This document shows positions 28,017 to 40,680 of a stretch of DNA of 64,000 bases, in pieces; the first letter of the stretch is position 1; each line of letters starts with the position of its first letter. The translations under genes and the position numbers were made by a program. The notes under the pieces are model-generated. The model saw only the letters and a list, made by a program, of their open reading frames with translations. It searched no databases and was not told the origin of the DNA. This DNA comes from Piromyces finnis finn (Eukaryota; Fungi; Neocallimastigomycota). The stretch is from assembly GCA_002104945.1 (NCBI GenBank), contig MCFH01000069.1, positions 182,454-246,453 of the forward strand. The letters are read 5' to 3'.

Positions 28017-29450
28017 TTAATAAGATATTAATACTATCGTAGATGCATAAAATTATTTTTTTTTTAATTTTTATATTTATTTATATATTTTGTTATTATT
28101 TAAATAATTATTTTTAAAATTGGAATTCAATATTGTAATTTTGTTATCATAACGAATTAACAAATTTATATTAAAAGCATAATTCATTGTAATATGTATA
28201 ATATATATTACTAGTAATATTCTATATATGTATATGTATTAATGTAAATAGCTTTAATAACATTAGATTATAAAAGTTATTTATAGATTAATTATGTATA
28301 TTAATTAATAAACTATATTCATAAAATATGTATTAAATTAAAATAATTTTTTAAAAAATATTAAGTTCTCTTGTAAATTCTTTTTAAAAATACTGTAAAT
28401 TTTATTTATAATTATATATATATGTATTAAATTATAAAATGATAATTAATAATACTTTATAAATATTTTGTAAATTTATAGTAAATAATTGTATATTTTG
28501 CATCTAAATATTTTATAAATATTTTATTTAAATTTTTTTTTAAATATATATTTTAAATTTCAAGTATGGAAGAATCTCAAAATATGCAATATTTTCCTGT
28601 TGAGGATATTGATTATATATGTAACAAAATTTTAAAAATTTTGAAGAAAATAAAAGATTGACTTCTTATATTGATCAAGTAAATAATAAAGTAAGAAATT
28701 ATTTAAAGAAAAAAATTAAAGCAGAAGAAATTGACTGTGATAAGTTTGCTAAAATAATTGTGGATAAAATCAAATCTCGTATGATAAAAGAAAATACTCA
28801 TGTTGGTATTTTAGCACTCAATCAGTTGGTGAACCTGTAACACAATCAGCATTAAGTTATTTCCACAAATTAAATACAAATGATAATAATGAATTGAAAG
28901 AATTATATAAATTAACTCATAATAAAATGGATTATAGTATAATGTAAAGAACTAATGTTCAATAAATAAAAACACAAATATATATAAAAAGGAAAATAAT
29001 AAAAGCAAATAAAAATTTTATTATTGAACACTTAACAAAATTATAACAGGTTAGTGTTTAATAATTTTATTTTTATTATAAAATTTTTTTGTTAATAAAA
29101 ACTCGAATTAAAAATAATTTTTTTGAGAAATTTCACTCGTATTTATATAAAAATTTTTAAAAGTAAATTTATAAAAATTTTACAACTTAATTTTTTAAGC
29201 CAATCAGAAATTATCTTCTTTGGTAAAATTTCGTTATAAAATATTTTAATAATTAAAAAAGATATTAATGAGGTTTCGAACTCGAGTAGTTCAAACCAAG
29301 GTCTTAGTTACTAACCACTAAGACAGGTTACTAATTTCTATGATTCGTTACATGGTCCTCCTCCAGGATTCGGATACCAGACGAATCAACTAAATTTATT
29401 TGTTACTTTATTATAAGAGAAATAATTGAAACGAGTGAATACATTTTGAA

Positions 29451-29483
<33 letters not shown>

Positions 29484-29552
29484 TGAATATTAAATTATAA
29501 ATATATTTTTTCATTTTTTATTTTCTATTCTCTTTTTCTCTTATCAATTACT

Positions 29553-29595
<43 letters not shown>

Positions 29596-29604
29596 TAACT
29601 ATTA

Positions 29605-32600
29605 CTAATGTGAATTATTAAAGTTTTTAATTAGTTCATCGCAGTTTAAATTACTTTCAGGTTCCCAAGATGCTTCTGAAAGCGGATAACCTTTCCATTT
29701 TATTAGATATTGAATCTTCCCATAATGCTTTCTTTTATCAAGTATTTCTTCTACTTCGTATTCTTCTTCTTCATTTACTATTATAGGTGGAGGTGGATCT
29801 TTGATTCTTCCAAAACTATCTTCATAATACGGTTCTAGGTTTGAAACATGAACAATTGGGTAAATCTTCAGCGATTTTGGTAATTCTAATTTATAAGTGA
29901 GATTAGAGATTTTACTAATTATCCTAAACGGGCCAAGTTTCCTAGGATTAAATTTTTTATTTCCTTTATGAATTATCAAGGAGCTATCCAACCATACTTT
30001 GTCACCAGTCTTGAATGTCGGAGGTTCTTGTCTATACTTGTCGGCGTATTTCTTTTGAACTTGGATGGCCTTCTTTAAGTTTTCTTTTAGTTTCTCCATT
30101 AGGTCTTCAAAGTCTCTTGTAAATTCTTCAGCTCTTGGAACATTCGTTTGGTCAGGAATTACCGGAGAGTATTTTGGGTGATAACCATAATTTAGGAAGA
30201 ATGGTGAGAATTTTGTTGAGTCTTGAACAGCATTATTGTAACTGAATTCTGCCAATGGAAGAAAGTTGATCCAATTTGTTCCTTTATAATTAGAAAAGCA
30301 TCTTAAATATTGTTCAACAACGGAGTTTACCCTCTCCGTTTGGCCATTGGATTGATGATGATATGGTGAAGAATATTTAACATTGACGTCCAAAGATTGG
30401 CAAATAGATTTCCAAAATTTCGAAGTGAATTGCGCGCCTCTATCGGAAATAATTTCAGAGGGGAGACCGTGAATTTTGAAAATATAATTCAAAAAAGCAA
30501 AAGCAGTATCAGAAGCAGAAGGAATACCTTTAAAGGGAATGAGGTGGCACATTTTAGTAAGGCGGTCAACTACAACAAGAATAGTGTTAAATCCATCAGA
30601 AGGAGGGAGGTCAGTAATGAAATCCATAGAAATAGAAGCCCAAGGATGGTCACTAATCTCAAGGGGTTGAAGTAAACCATATGGTTTATGACGAGAAGGC
30701 TTGGAGCGGCAACAAATCTCACAAGATCGGATATAATTCTTAACATCAATAGAAATGGATGGCCACCAAAAGTCACGAGAGATCAAAGAAATAGTTTTGC
30801 GGATACCAAAATGACCGGCAGAGGGGGAATCATGACAGAGTTTCAAAACGGAGGGACGGCATTTTAAAGGGACATAGATTCTATTATCAAAAAGAAGAAA
30901 ACTATTACTAAGAGAGAATTTATTACTTTGTGGATGTGGAGCTGGGAGATTCTTATTTTCAAGAAAATTGCAAATGTCAATGTAAAAAGAGTCGTTCACA
31001 TATTCAGATAATATTTCATCATTAAGAGAAGAAATGGAACAAATCAAAGCGCAGAAATTCTCAGGGCGTAAAACCGAAAAAGGAGCATCAGAAGGAAGAG
31101 AGGAATCTATATAATCAGGTCTTCGTGAAAGCGCATCAGGTTTACCATTTGATGAACCAGAGCGGTAGAGAATTTTAAAGTTAAATTCGGAAAGGAAAAG
31201 GGCCCAACGAACAAGACGTTGTGACATTTTTTCCGGTTTCTTTTGATATAGTAAGTTTCGATGATCTGAATAAATAGTAAACGGGGTTAAAGCACCTTTG
31301 AGAAAATGTCGCCAAGTTTCAAGAGCATTAACAATAGCTAAAAGTTCTTTATCGTATATAGGATAGTTTCTTTCAGCGGAAGTAAGAGATCTTGAATAGA
31401 AAGCGACAGGATGGATCATTTTATCATCAGGAGATTTTTGAGACAGAACTGCTCCTATAGCAAAGTTGCTAGAGTCGGTTTCAACAATAAAGGGAAGATC
31501 ACGATTTGGATGAGACAGGATGGGAGCAGATGAAATTAATGATTTAATGGTATTAAATGCATCAAGAGCTTCAGAGGAAAAATCAAATTTAACGTTTTTA
31601 CGAAGTAGTCTGTGAAGGGGTTGTGCAACTTTGGCAAAATTAGGAATAAACCGACGATAGTAGTTGGCTAGGCCAATAAAAGATTGAACTTCCTTGACAC
31701 TGGACGGAACTGGCCAATTAATAATAGCAGAAACCTTATTGGGGTCCATATGTATACCTTCAGAGGATATACGATGACCAAGGAAATCAATAGAGGAAAC
31801 AAAGAATTCACACTTTTCAAGCTTAGCATAAAGACCAGCATTTCTTAAGCGATCCAGGACTTCGATAACGTGCTTAATGTGGGATTTATGGTTTTCTGTA
31901 ACGAGTTTCTATATAAAGAATTTATTAATGTAGGAATTAATAATATTTATATAGAAAAATAAATTTTGTATTCCCTATAAGTCAATAAATTTATTTATTT
32001 AAAATAATTTTTTATTATTATTAAATTTTTTAAAAATAAAGATTTAAATTTAAAAGTTAATAAAAACACAACTATTTAATTTTTGATTCACATCACTTCT
32101 ATTTATACTTTTTCTAAATCTGATGTGGCTAAATTAAAAATTAAATTTTCTTTCTAAATTATTCTTTAAATTAATTAAAAATTACATAAAATGAATCTCG
32201 TGATAAAAATACATAAAATATTTAATTTTTCGAATATTCGAACTTATTCTTTTTCGAATAAGTTCTATAAGTTTCTATGAGTCATAAATTAAATTGTTAA
32301 ATAAATAATTTAAAATAAATTTTGGATCAAGGTGTGAGTCGAACCCGAGTGATCCAGATTAATGTCTTAAATACTAACCATTAAGACAATATTAATTTTC
32401 TAATAGATTCGTTACATTTTCAGAAAAAATAATTAAATCGTCAATATATGAATAAACAAAAATCCCTAGAATATTTTCCAGAACATCATTGATAAAATGC
32501 TGAAAAACAGCCGGGGCGTTTTTCAGTCCGAATGGCATTACCAGGTATTCAAAGTGGCCGAATTTGCAGGTGAAAGCTGTTTTATATTCATCACCCTTTT

Positions 32601-34494
32601 TGATTCGGACCAAGTTATATGCTGATCGTAAATCCAATTTTGAGAAGATTTTCGCTTTACCAAGATGCTCTAGCATATCTTGAATCAGAGGTAGAGGATA
32701 AGAATCTCTAATGGTAATTTTGTTGAGTTCCCTATAATCTTGACAAAGACGGAGTTCACCATTCTTTTTAGGAACGAAAAGTACAGGCGCACAAGCAGGA
32801 GATTTGGATTTCCTAATGAAACCCTTTTTGAGGTTTTCATCGATATAATCCTTCAAAACTCTTGTTTCTTCGTCTGTTAGTGGGTAGATTGGTCCATAAA
32901 ATAGCTTGGCATTTTCGATTAGGTTTATTTGGCAATCATAAGGACGATGAGGTGGTAATTGATCAGCAGAAGATTCGCTAAAGACGTCCATATATGATTC
33001 TAATTCCTTCGGAAGTTTAGTAATAGGATTTGAGTCTTTAAGAGAGTTTTTTGGTGAATAAGTGTCAACTTTAGAAAGAGATATATTAGAAGCCATGACA
33101 GTACAAGTCTCTTGTGATAAAGGATCGTTAACAGATTCATTGTTAATTAAGACAGATTTAGAATGATTTTCTTTGGGATTACGAGAATGAGATAACTTAG
33201 AATTTGAAAAAGAAGATTTAGATTTGTCAATAAAAATAGGCAAAGAAACGGAAGAAGAGTTATTGCAATCAGTAGAAAAAACAGAAGTTTCCTGATGGAA
33301 TTCGGGAACATTCGAAGGGAGAGTCATACAATGATCCAAGCAATATGAAGAACCAAAAGATAATTTATTATTTTCAAAGTCAATACTTGGATTATGTTCC
33401 TTAAGCCAACGTAGACCTAGAATACAAGGATATACAGGTAGATCAGTAACGTAAAAGACAGTACGGCATAGGTGATCCATGTAGCGAAGATTAAGAGGTG
33501 GAGTAGCTCCGAACAGTTTTTGGCTACCACCAATACCGAATACGTTGGGTAAATCTTCTTCATAGTGGTAGGGAATATTGTGATCGTTGCAATAGTCGAC
33601 ATCTATTAGATTAAGTGTAGAACCGGAGTCTATAAGAATTTTTGTGTCTAGTTCAAACGATAATTTAAAATCTGAGGTTACCCTATCTTGTTGCTTTTTC
33701 TTGGAATTGGTAGAATTATTTTGTAAAGAAACTAAAGATTCGAATGCTGAGTTTTTATTTCTTCTCTTATGACAATCTTTCAGTTGGTGTCCTGGAGATC
33801 CACAATAGACACATAAGTTTTCCTTACTTCTTCTTTCTTTTTCTTCCTTGGATAACGGACCAAAGTATCTTTTCTTCTTGGGATGTTCCTTTAGATTTGT
33901 GGAAGCCTTTCTGGAGCCATTGCTGGAATTAGAACTTGGTCCCTTAGAATTTTTGTCAAAAAATAATCCCCTGGTAGCAAGTCTGGAGTCTATTCTAGCT
34001 GCAATAGTTTGGAGGGAAAACAAATCTCTTGGTCCTGGGAACATCTCTAATATCTTCATTGCAACTTCTTGGTTGAGCCCAGCGATAAAAGCATCCATCT
34101 TAGCCTCTTCATTCCAGTTAGATTCATCAGAGTATTTGTTAAATTCAAGGATGTATCCTCTGATGCCGCCCAAACGATGTTGCTTGAGAGTACGTAGCAT
34201 TTGATTGGCTACGTAGACTGCATCATTGTTCCCATAGAACGCCTTTAGTCTTTCCTTGAATGCTTGGTAGTTGGTCAGACATGGATCATGGTTGTCAATA
34301 AGCGTAGCGGCCCAATTTAATGCATTTCCATAAAGGCGAGAAATCAGGTAGATAACCTTGCTCTCTTCATCTTGATATCTTTCGGGATAAAGGAGAAAAA
34401 CAAGTTCTATTTTGGCTAAGAAACCTTTGAGATATTTTCTGTCTCCTGCGAAACCGTCTTTTAGTGAGGCGTTATCAAATATTTGTCCTTCCAT
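29605..34494 (-). pseudogene. Single gag-pol ORF of element 1 (1454 aa once the nested LTR is removed)
   Basis: Zn knuckle CVYCGSPGHQLKDC, protease IDSGS, RT YLVMPFGLKNAP/YIDD, RNase [14 protein letters not shown], integrase HHCC + DDE + GPF, chromodomain EEEYEVEEIL..YLIKWKGY..SWEP. Removing 525 nt (LTR + one TSD) leaves 4365 nt, in frame. Confidence 0.95.
31897..32416 (-). mobile_element. Solo LTR nested in the RT domain of element 1
   Basis: TGTAAC...GTTACA termini. Perfect TSD TTTTC at 31892-31896 and 32417-32421. Confidence 0.93.
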
Positions 34495-37035
34495 TAGAAT
34501 TAAAAAATATAATTGTTTGAAAATAAAAATTATGTAAATAAGATAAAGTTATGTTTGAAGAAATTAAGAAAAAAAAAAAAAAAAAAAATTAAATCTTTAT
34601 TATTATTTATTGATTAAAATATTTTAAATATAGACAAAGAGTCAAATTAAATAGTATTGGACCATCAAATATTTAATTTTATTAGTATTCAATACTAGGT
34701 CCCTTGTAGCTCTTTGTTGATAACGTAGATATTATCAATTGTTAATATTGGAAATGAAAATTTTCAATAAAAGGAATTAACGGTATTAGTTTCTTTATTG
34801 TCACTTACTTAATTAAGCGGAAAGAAAAAAATAGGTTTAATTTCCCGATTATTAATAATATCTAAACAACAAAGTATTACGTATAGGTGTCCAACTATCC
34901 ACGCTAAGGGAGTTATTGAATCCTAACTTCTTTGTTATTTTATTATATTTTTCAAAAAATAATAAATAAAATTTAATTTTATTTATTAAAAGTAGAAAAC
35001 GTTTTATTAGAAAATGAATTTTTTCTTTATTATTAAATTAAGCGTCCTGGCGCTCCCCTTATAATAACTGTGGGTTTTACTTTTGTTTTCAGTACCCTTA
35101 TTGTTAAAATAAGCTTCACTGACTTACTTAATTTTTTAATAAATTAAAAATTCTTCCTTTTTTAAACACTAAGGTGTTATTATATATTTTAGGAGTTTTT
35201 ATTGTAAAGAACTAATGTTCAATAAATAAAAACACAAATATATATAAAAAGTAAAATAATAAAAGCAAATAAAAATTTTATTATTGAACACTTAACAAAA
35301 TTATAACAGGTTAGTGTTTAATAATTTTATTTTTATTATAAAATTTTTTTGTTAATAAAAACTCGAATTAAAAATAATTTTTTTGAGAAATTTCACTCGT
35401 ATTTATATAAAAATTTTTAAAAGTAAATTTATAAAAATTTTACAACTTAATTTTTTAAGCCAATCAGAAATTATCTTCTTTGGTAAAATTTCGTTATAAA
35501 ATATTTTAATAATTAAAAAGATATTAATGAGGTTTCGAACTCGAGTAGTTCAAACCAAGGTCTTAGTTACTAACCACTAAGACAGGTTACTAATTTCTAT
35601 GATTCGTTACATATAATTCATTTATATTTTAAACCAAATTATGATATTTTATTTAAGAAGAAAATAGCAAATCAAATGGAATACAGAATATTAAATGATG
35701 TTGTTTTAAATGTTGTGTATAATGGATTTACACTTCGTTTTTATTTTTGTCGCCATTCCATATTTAATTTAAAAATTCATCCAAAAACTATTTTCGAATC
35801 TGTAATTAAATATTTAGAAAACACCAATAATATATTGTTTACATGGGAATCATCTCTAAATCTTGAAGATCTTTTCATTGAATTTATTCAACCTGCTTCA
35901 AAGATTCTTGGTTGGTTTGATGATCATAAAATTGATTATATAGTTGATTCAGATATGCTTTGTGTTTTTAAACCAGGAATTGATGAATATAATAATTCTG
36001 ATAATTCTGATAATGAAGAAAATAATTATGATTCTGATAATGATATTAATAACAGCATTAATAACAGTATTAATGAATATTGTAATAATGAAAGTAATTT
36101 CCTAATAGATTATTTTAATGAACAGAATTTTGAATTTGAAGAATTTGATAAATATTATTTACTTGATAGTCATTTCGTTAATTTAGATAATGAAGATATT
36201 AACAAAGTATTAAATAATGTTGTATTATCAGGAGCTAAAGATATTGTTAAAGTTACGTTTAAAGCTATAGGTAATGAACATTATATAGAAGTTATAGGGT
36301 TAGATTTAGATAAACTTTTTAAAGAAGAATACATTGATAAGGAACGATCTACATATTTAGTCTATGCAAATTCATTCAATATTGATTTTGAATTACGTAA
36401 AAAGAATATTTTAAAGCAGTTAATAAAAATTGTAAATGCAGATATTACTTCATATAATATGCAACATATAGAATTATTAACTAATTTCATGTGTCGTGAT
36501 AATACGATTACACCAATGTCTCGTTTTGGAATGAGAAATGGTGATTATTCTTTTATATCTCGATTATCTTTTGAAGATCCTTTTAGGGTAATTCAGGATG
36601 TCTTTTATGGTGTTAAAGATGATTTAACATCTATATCTTCAAAATTAATTACCGGAATATACAATGATGAAGAAGAAAAAAATGAAAATATAATTAATAA
36701 TGAAAACACTATTAATACTGAAAATACTATTAATAATGAAGATACGGAAAATAATGAAAACAATAAAAATATTGAGAATACTATAAATATTATTGATAAT
36801 GAATAATATTTTATATTTTTAATTTTTATTTATTAAATGTTATAATATTTTTAAATAATATTAATTTAAAAATTTTTTTTGTAATTTAAAAATTAAATAT
36901 TTATAATAAAATATTTATAATAAAATAATTATAAAATTTTTTAAAAAATAAAAATATAAAATTTTGTATATAATAAATTATTTAAATTACTTAAATTATT
37001 TAAATAATTTTTATTGAATTATTAATATAATCAAA

Positions 37036-40000
37036 TTATAATAAATCGCTAATATCATTATTTAATACTTTTAATAAACTTTTAAATCCTGTTTCCACAT
37101 AATGATAATAATAATATTGATAATCTAGTTTAGGCTTGATGATATCTTTATTTTTAATAGCTTTTTCACATATATTCTTATACAAGTCTAAAGACATGAT
37201 TTTATCACCTAATAAAGTTGAATTGTTATTAAATGAAAATGAATTGGTATCTATAATAATATAATCTATTTTTTCACCAATTTTGTAATCCAAATTATAC
37301 ATTTTATGATTATTAACAAATAATAAGACATAATAAGATTTGTTGACATACTTTGGTCCAATAGACAATTTCATAATCAACTTTTCTAATGGTACGTTAC
37401 CAGAAAGTAATTTATTTTTCATTTCTAATACCTTATGACGTATCTGTTTTTCTGGATAATCAAAAAGAATCATGTATAAAAATATTTTATAATAATCTCT
37501 AATGAAAATACAAGTATTTTTTTTAATAATATCTATTCCTTTAATATACAACTCTGATGTATTTGCCAAAACACCACAATACTTTTTTTTGGATATGATC
37601 AACATTCTTTTAAATGTGTTTTCATATTTTAAATGCATTCCTTCCGGTAATTGATCTGTAACATATTCAGCTACTGAATGACAATCTTTAATAAATCTGT
37701 TTACATCGAAATCTTTATTATAACTTTTATCTTTATCATTTAATACATCAATATTACCATCATTCTTATTAGTGTCCATATTATTAGAGTTATTAATATT
37801 ATTTAAATTATTTTTATTATTAATATTATTTAAATTATTTAAATTATTAATATTATTAATATTATTTAAATTATTTTTATTGTTTAAAGTATTTTTATTA
37901 TTTAAGTTTTCCAAATATTCTTTTTTATATTCGATTAGACATGAATCTGTATCTCCATAAATTACTCTAAAATTAGTATTTTCACAAATTAAATCAATAG
38001 TTTTATTCAAGTAGTTTCTTCCCATACCTGTAGTACATTCAGCACCTGGTAAGAATCTTAAATACTTTAAGGAACTTGAACCAAGACATCCATAAATCGA
38101 ATTAGCTTGTATCTTTAATGCATATTGACGTTTATCGTATATGATATAATCTGAACCAGATGCCTTTTTCATCATGTTTTTATAACGAATTCTTTCTGAA
38201 AGTAACAGCTTCATCATTCGAGGTAAGATTCCAACATGAAGTTTTGTAAAGTAATATACCTTATTTCCTATATCAATTTTATGATATTCATCTTCAGAAT
38301 ATTTTCCAATATCACAATTGTTAATTAATGTTGTATAGCATATATTATGAGTAATAATGACACTTGGATATAAACTTGTGAAATCCAACATAGTGCAATA
38401 ATTGTATACACCAGATAATGGTTCTATTACAGTAGCACCTTTATAACTAGTAATATCCGAATTATCAATATCAACACATATATTATTGTCATAACAATAT
38501 TTATATAACAAATTGGCAAACTTTTTACTCTGACCATTTTTATAAACTTCATCCACACGAATTCTTGAAGTTTTAGCGATTTCCAAGAGTTGGATCCATT
38601 GATACGAAATATTAAATATTTCCAGAGTTAGGATTGAATCCATAATACAATACATAGCTACTTTATTTAAAGAATCATCTGTATTTTTATGAATTAAGTA
38701 AAACATATCTTTGTAGGGCAAATCAATCTTGTGCTTATTCAATAATTGTTCTGATATATAATTTAAACTAGCAGAAGGTAAATTTAAAGATTTTGCATAT
38801 TTGAAAATATCAATTGCTATTCTTCCTGGAATCTTAAGTTCAACTTCATTACTTGAGGTAGTTATAAATTTTGTAGGCATATTCCGAATTCTATTAGCTT
38901 TGAAAGGTGAATCTTTATCATCGATGATTAAATGCATACTAGTTCTTTGTGCTAAATATCTGTAATCAAATCCAAAAGTATTATATCCAATAATCAAATC
39001 AGGATCTAAATTTCGAATTTGTTTAAAAAATTCACAAATCAAGTCATATTCAGATTCTACAAAAATAATATCATACTTATCATTTAAAACATTATTTTTT
39101 AAAAGTTTATCTTTTTTTGATTTTTCATGTTTAATAATAAATTCTTCAATTGGTTCTAATAAAGTTTCCTCTTTTACAGTATTGTCATTATTATTTAAAG
39201 CATCATCTTTAATTAACTTATCATTTACTATACTATTATTTAACATACTTTTTAATTTATTATATCTTTTTTTAGTATTAGAATGATATGTATAATTATT
39301 ATCCAAAAGTTTCTTTAATCTGTTATATCTATTTTTTACTTCAGTATTATTATTTATAATAATAGTGTCTTTATTAACATCATTACCTTTATTATTCATA
39401 ACTTTATTATCATTGATATCAATATTAGTATTAACATAATTATCATTATTATTTATGTTAATACTAATATTGTAATTATTATTATCTGACTTATTATTAT
39501 CTATATTACTATTATTAAATACATTTTCATTATTATCTATATTTTTATTATTATCATATTGATTAGTATTAGTATACTCATTATTATTTTCATTGATATT
39601 ATTATTTACACTATTATCATTAATATTATTAATATTATTTTCATCAAAAAAATTAAACTTTTTACATGAATCATTAAATTTATTAATATCAATAAATGGA
39701 ATAAATGAAGGATCTATTTCATTTAGTTTTAATTTATTTACTATATTATTTTTATCTTTATATTTAACACAAATGGCAATGTTTCTTTGAATGTCTTTAT
39801 AATGATATACAATACTAATAGTTGATATAAAATCATTATATAAATAACAATTTGGAAAAGATTCAAAATCATGAGACATACATTCAATATCAAACGATAA
39901 TATAGATGGTTCTGGATATTTATCAATATTTTTTGCATGAATACTTTTATAGTTAACAATATATTCATTATTAAAAGTAGTATAATGATCTGAATTATTC

Positions 40001-40371
40001 TCTTGATAACTCTCCGAATAAATCCATCCAATAGTATCCAAATTTTGAATGGAAAGAAAAGATGATACTATATCCACATTAAATAACGTTGATTGGAATG
40101 AAATATATTCAGAATACTTTTTAAAATACACTTTGTAAATTGTTTGTTCACCATCAAGATAATGTCGTAATAATATTTTTTTCAAGACTTCTTTTTTATT
40201 ATTAATATAATCGAAATTTCTATTTACCGAATCAGAGTATTTAAATAAAGGAAAATCCTTAATCACAATAGCTATTTTACTATCATTTTCATTATAACCA
40301 AATCCAATAATTATAGGATAATCATCCTTAATGAATAATTCCCAATTATAAATGAAACAAGTTAATGACAT
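37036..40371 (-). CDS. polB: Family B DNA polymerase (virus-type) with Asn-rich insertions
   Basis: Exo I SFDIEC, Exo II GYNTFGFDY, Exo III YCIMDS. Pol motifs DFTSLYPS..NICYTT, RQYALKIQANSIYG, YGDTDS, KKKY, KG. Intact 1111-aa intronless ORF. Confidence 0.97.
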   Translation of the reverse strand: MSLTCFIYNWELFIKDDYPIIIGFGYNENDSKIAIVIKDFPLFKYSDSVNRNFDYINNKKEVLKKILLRHYLDGEQTIYKVYFKKYSEYISFQSTLFNVDIVSSFLSIQNLDTIGWIYSESYQENNSDHYTTFNNEYIVNYKSIHAKNIDKYPEPSILSFDIECMSHDFESFPNCYLYNDFISTISIVYHYKDIQRNIAICVKYKDKNNIVNKLKLNEIDPSFIPFIDINKFNDSCKKFNFFDENNINNINDNSVNNNINENNNEYTNTNQYDNNKNIDNNENVFNNSNIDNNKSDNNNYNISININNNDNYVNTNIDINDNKVMNNKGNDVNKDTIIINNNTEVKNRYNRLKKLLDNNYTYHSNTKKRYNKLKSMLNNSIVNDKLIKDDALNNNDNTVKEETLLEPIEEFIIKHEKSKKDKLLKNNVLNDKYDIIFVESEYDLICEFFKQIRNLDPDLIIGYNTFGFDYRYLAQRTSMHLIIDDKDSPFKANRIRNMPTKFITTSSNEVELKIPGRIAIDIFKYAKSLNLPSASLNYISEQLLNKHKIDLPYKDMFYLIHKNTDDSLNKVAMYCIMDSILTLEIFNISYQWIQLLEIAKTSRIRVDEVYKNGQSKKFANLLYKYCYDNNICVDIDNSDITSYKGATVIEPLSGVYNYCTMLDFTSLYPSVIITHNICYTTLINNCDIGKYSEDEYHKIDIGNKVYYFTKLHVGILPRMMKLLLSERIRYKNMMKKASGSDYIIYDKRQYALKIQANSIYGCLGSSSLKYLRFLPGAECTTGMGRNYLNKTIDLICENTNFRVIYGDTDSCLIEYKKEYLENLNNKNTLNNKNNLNNINNINNLNNLNNINNKNNLNNINNSNNMDTNKNDGNIDVLNDKDKSYNKDFDVNRFIKDCHSVAEYVTDQLPEGMHLKYENTFKRMLIISKKKYCGVLANTSELYIKGIDIIKKNTCIFIRDYYKIFLYMILFDYPEKQIRHKVLEMKNKLLSGNVPLEKLIMKLSIGPKYVNKSYYVLLFVNNHKMYNLDYKIGEKIDYIIIDTNSFSFNNNSTLLGDKIMSLDLYKNICEKAIKNKDIIKPKLDYQYYYYHYVETGFKSLLKVLNNDISDLL

Positions 40372-40680
40372 TATAGTTAATAAAATTATATTTTTACTAT
40401 TGTATTTATTTATTAATTTTAATTAAATTAATAATAAAGTTTAAAATATTTAATGCCGTTAAAAAATGTATTTATTTATTAAAATTTATATATATATGTA
40501 TATATATTTATGTATATGTATATTTATATATATGTATATATTTATATATATATATTTATATACATGTATATATAATAACAATATATTTTAATATGTATAA
40601 TATTTATAACAAATACAATTTTTTTTATATGTTTTCTATATATATTTAAAATATAAAAAATCATTTATAACATTTATAAT

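Larger units (their letters stand above)
28943..35611 (-). mobile_element. Full-length Ty3/gypsy chromovirus (element 1)
   Basis: TG...CA LTRs at 28943-29352 and 35203-35611, differing by one substitution and one indel as read by eye. TSD TATAA at 28938-28942 and 35612-35616. Purine tract GGAGGAGGACCA abuts the 3' LTR. Internal gag-pol. Confidence 0.97.
28566..36806 (+). pseudogene. RPB1: RNA polymerase largest subunit, C-terminal half (A''-like), interrupted by an LTR retrotransposon
   Basis: With two +1 corrections (~28640, ~28817) it reads HVGILAAQSVGEPVTQSALSYFH (cf. GxxAAQSIGEPxTQMTLxTFH). Collapsing the TATAA TSD puts it in frame with 35676..36806, which has ITPMSRFG...ISRLSFEDP...DDLTSISSKLITG. 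Reconstructed length ~522 aa. Confidence 0.88.
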
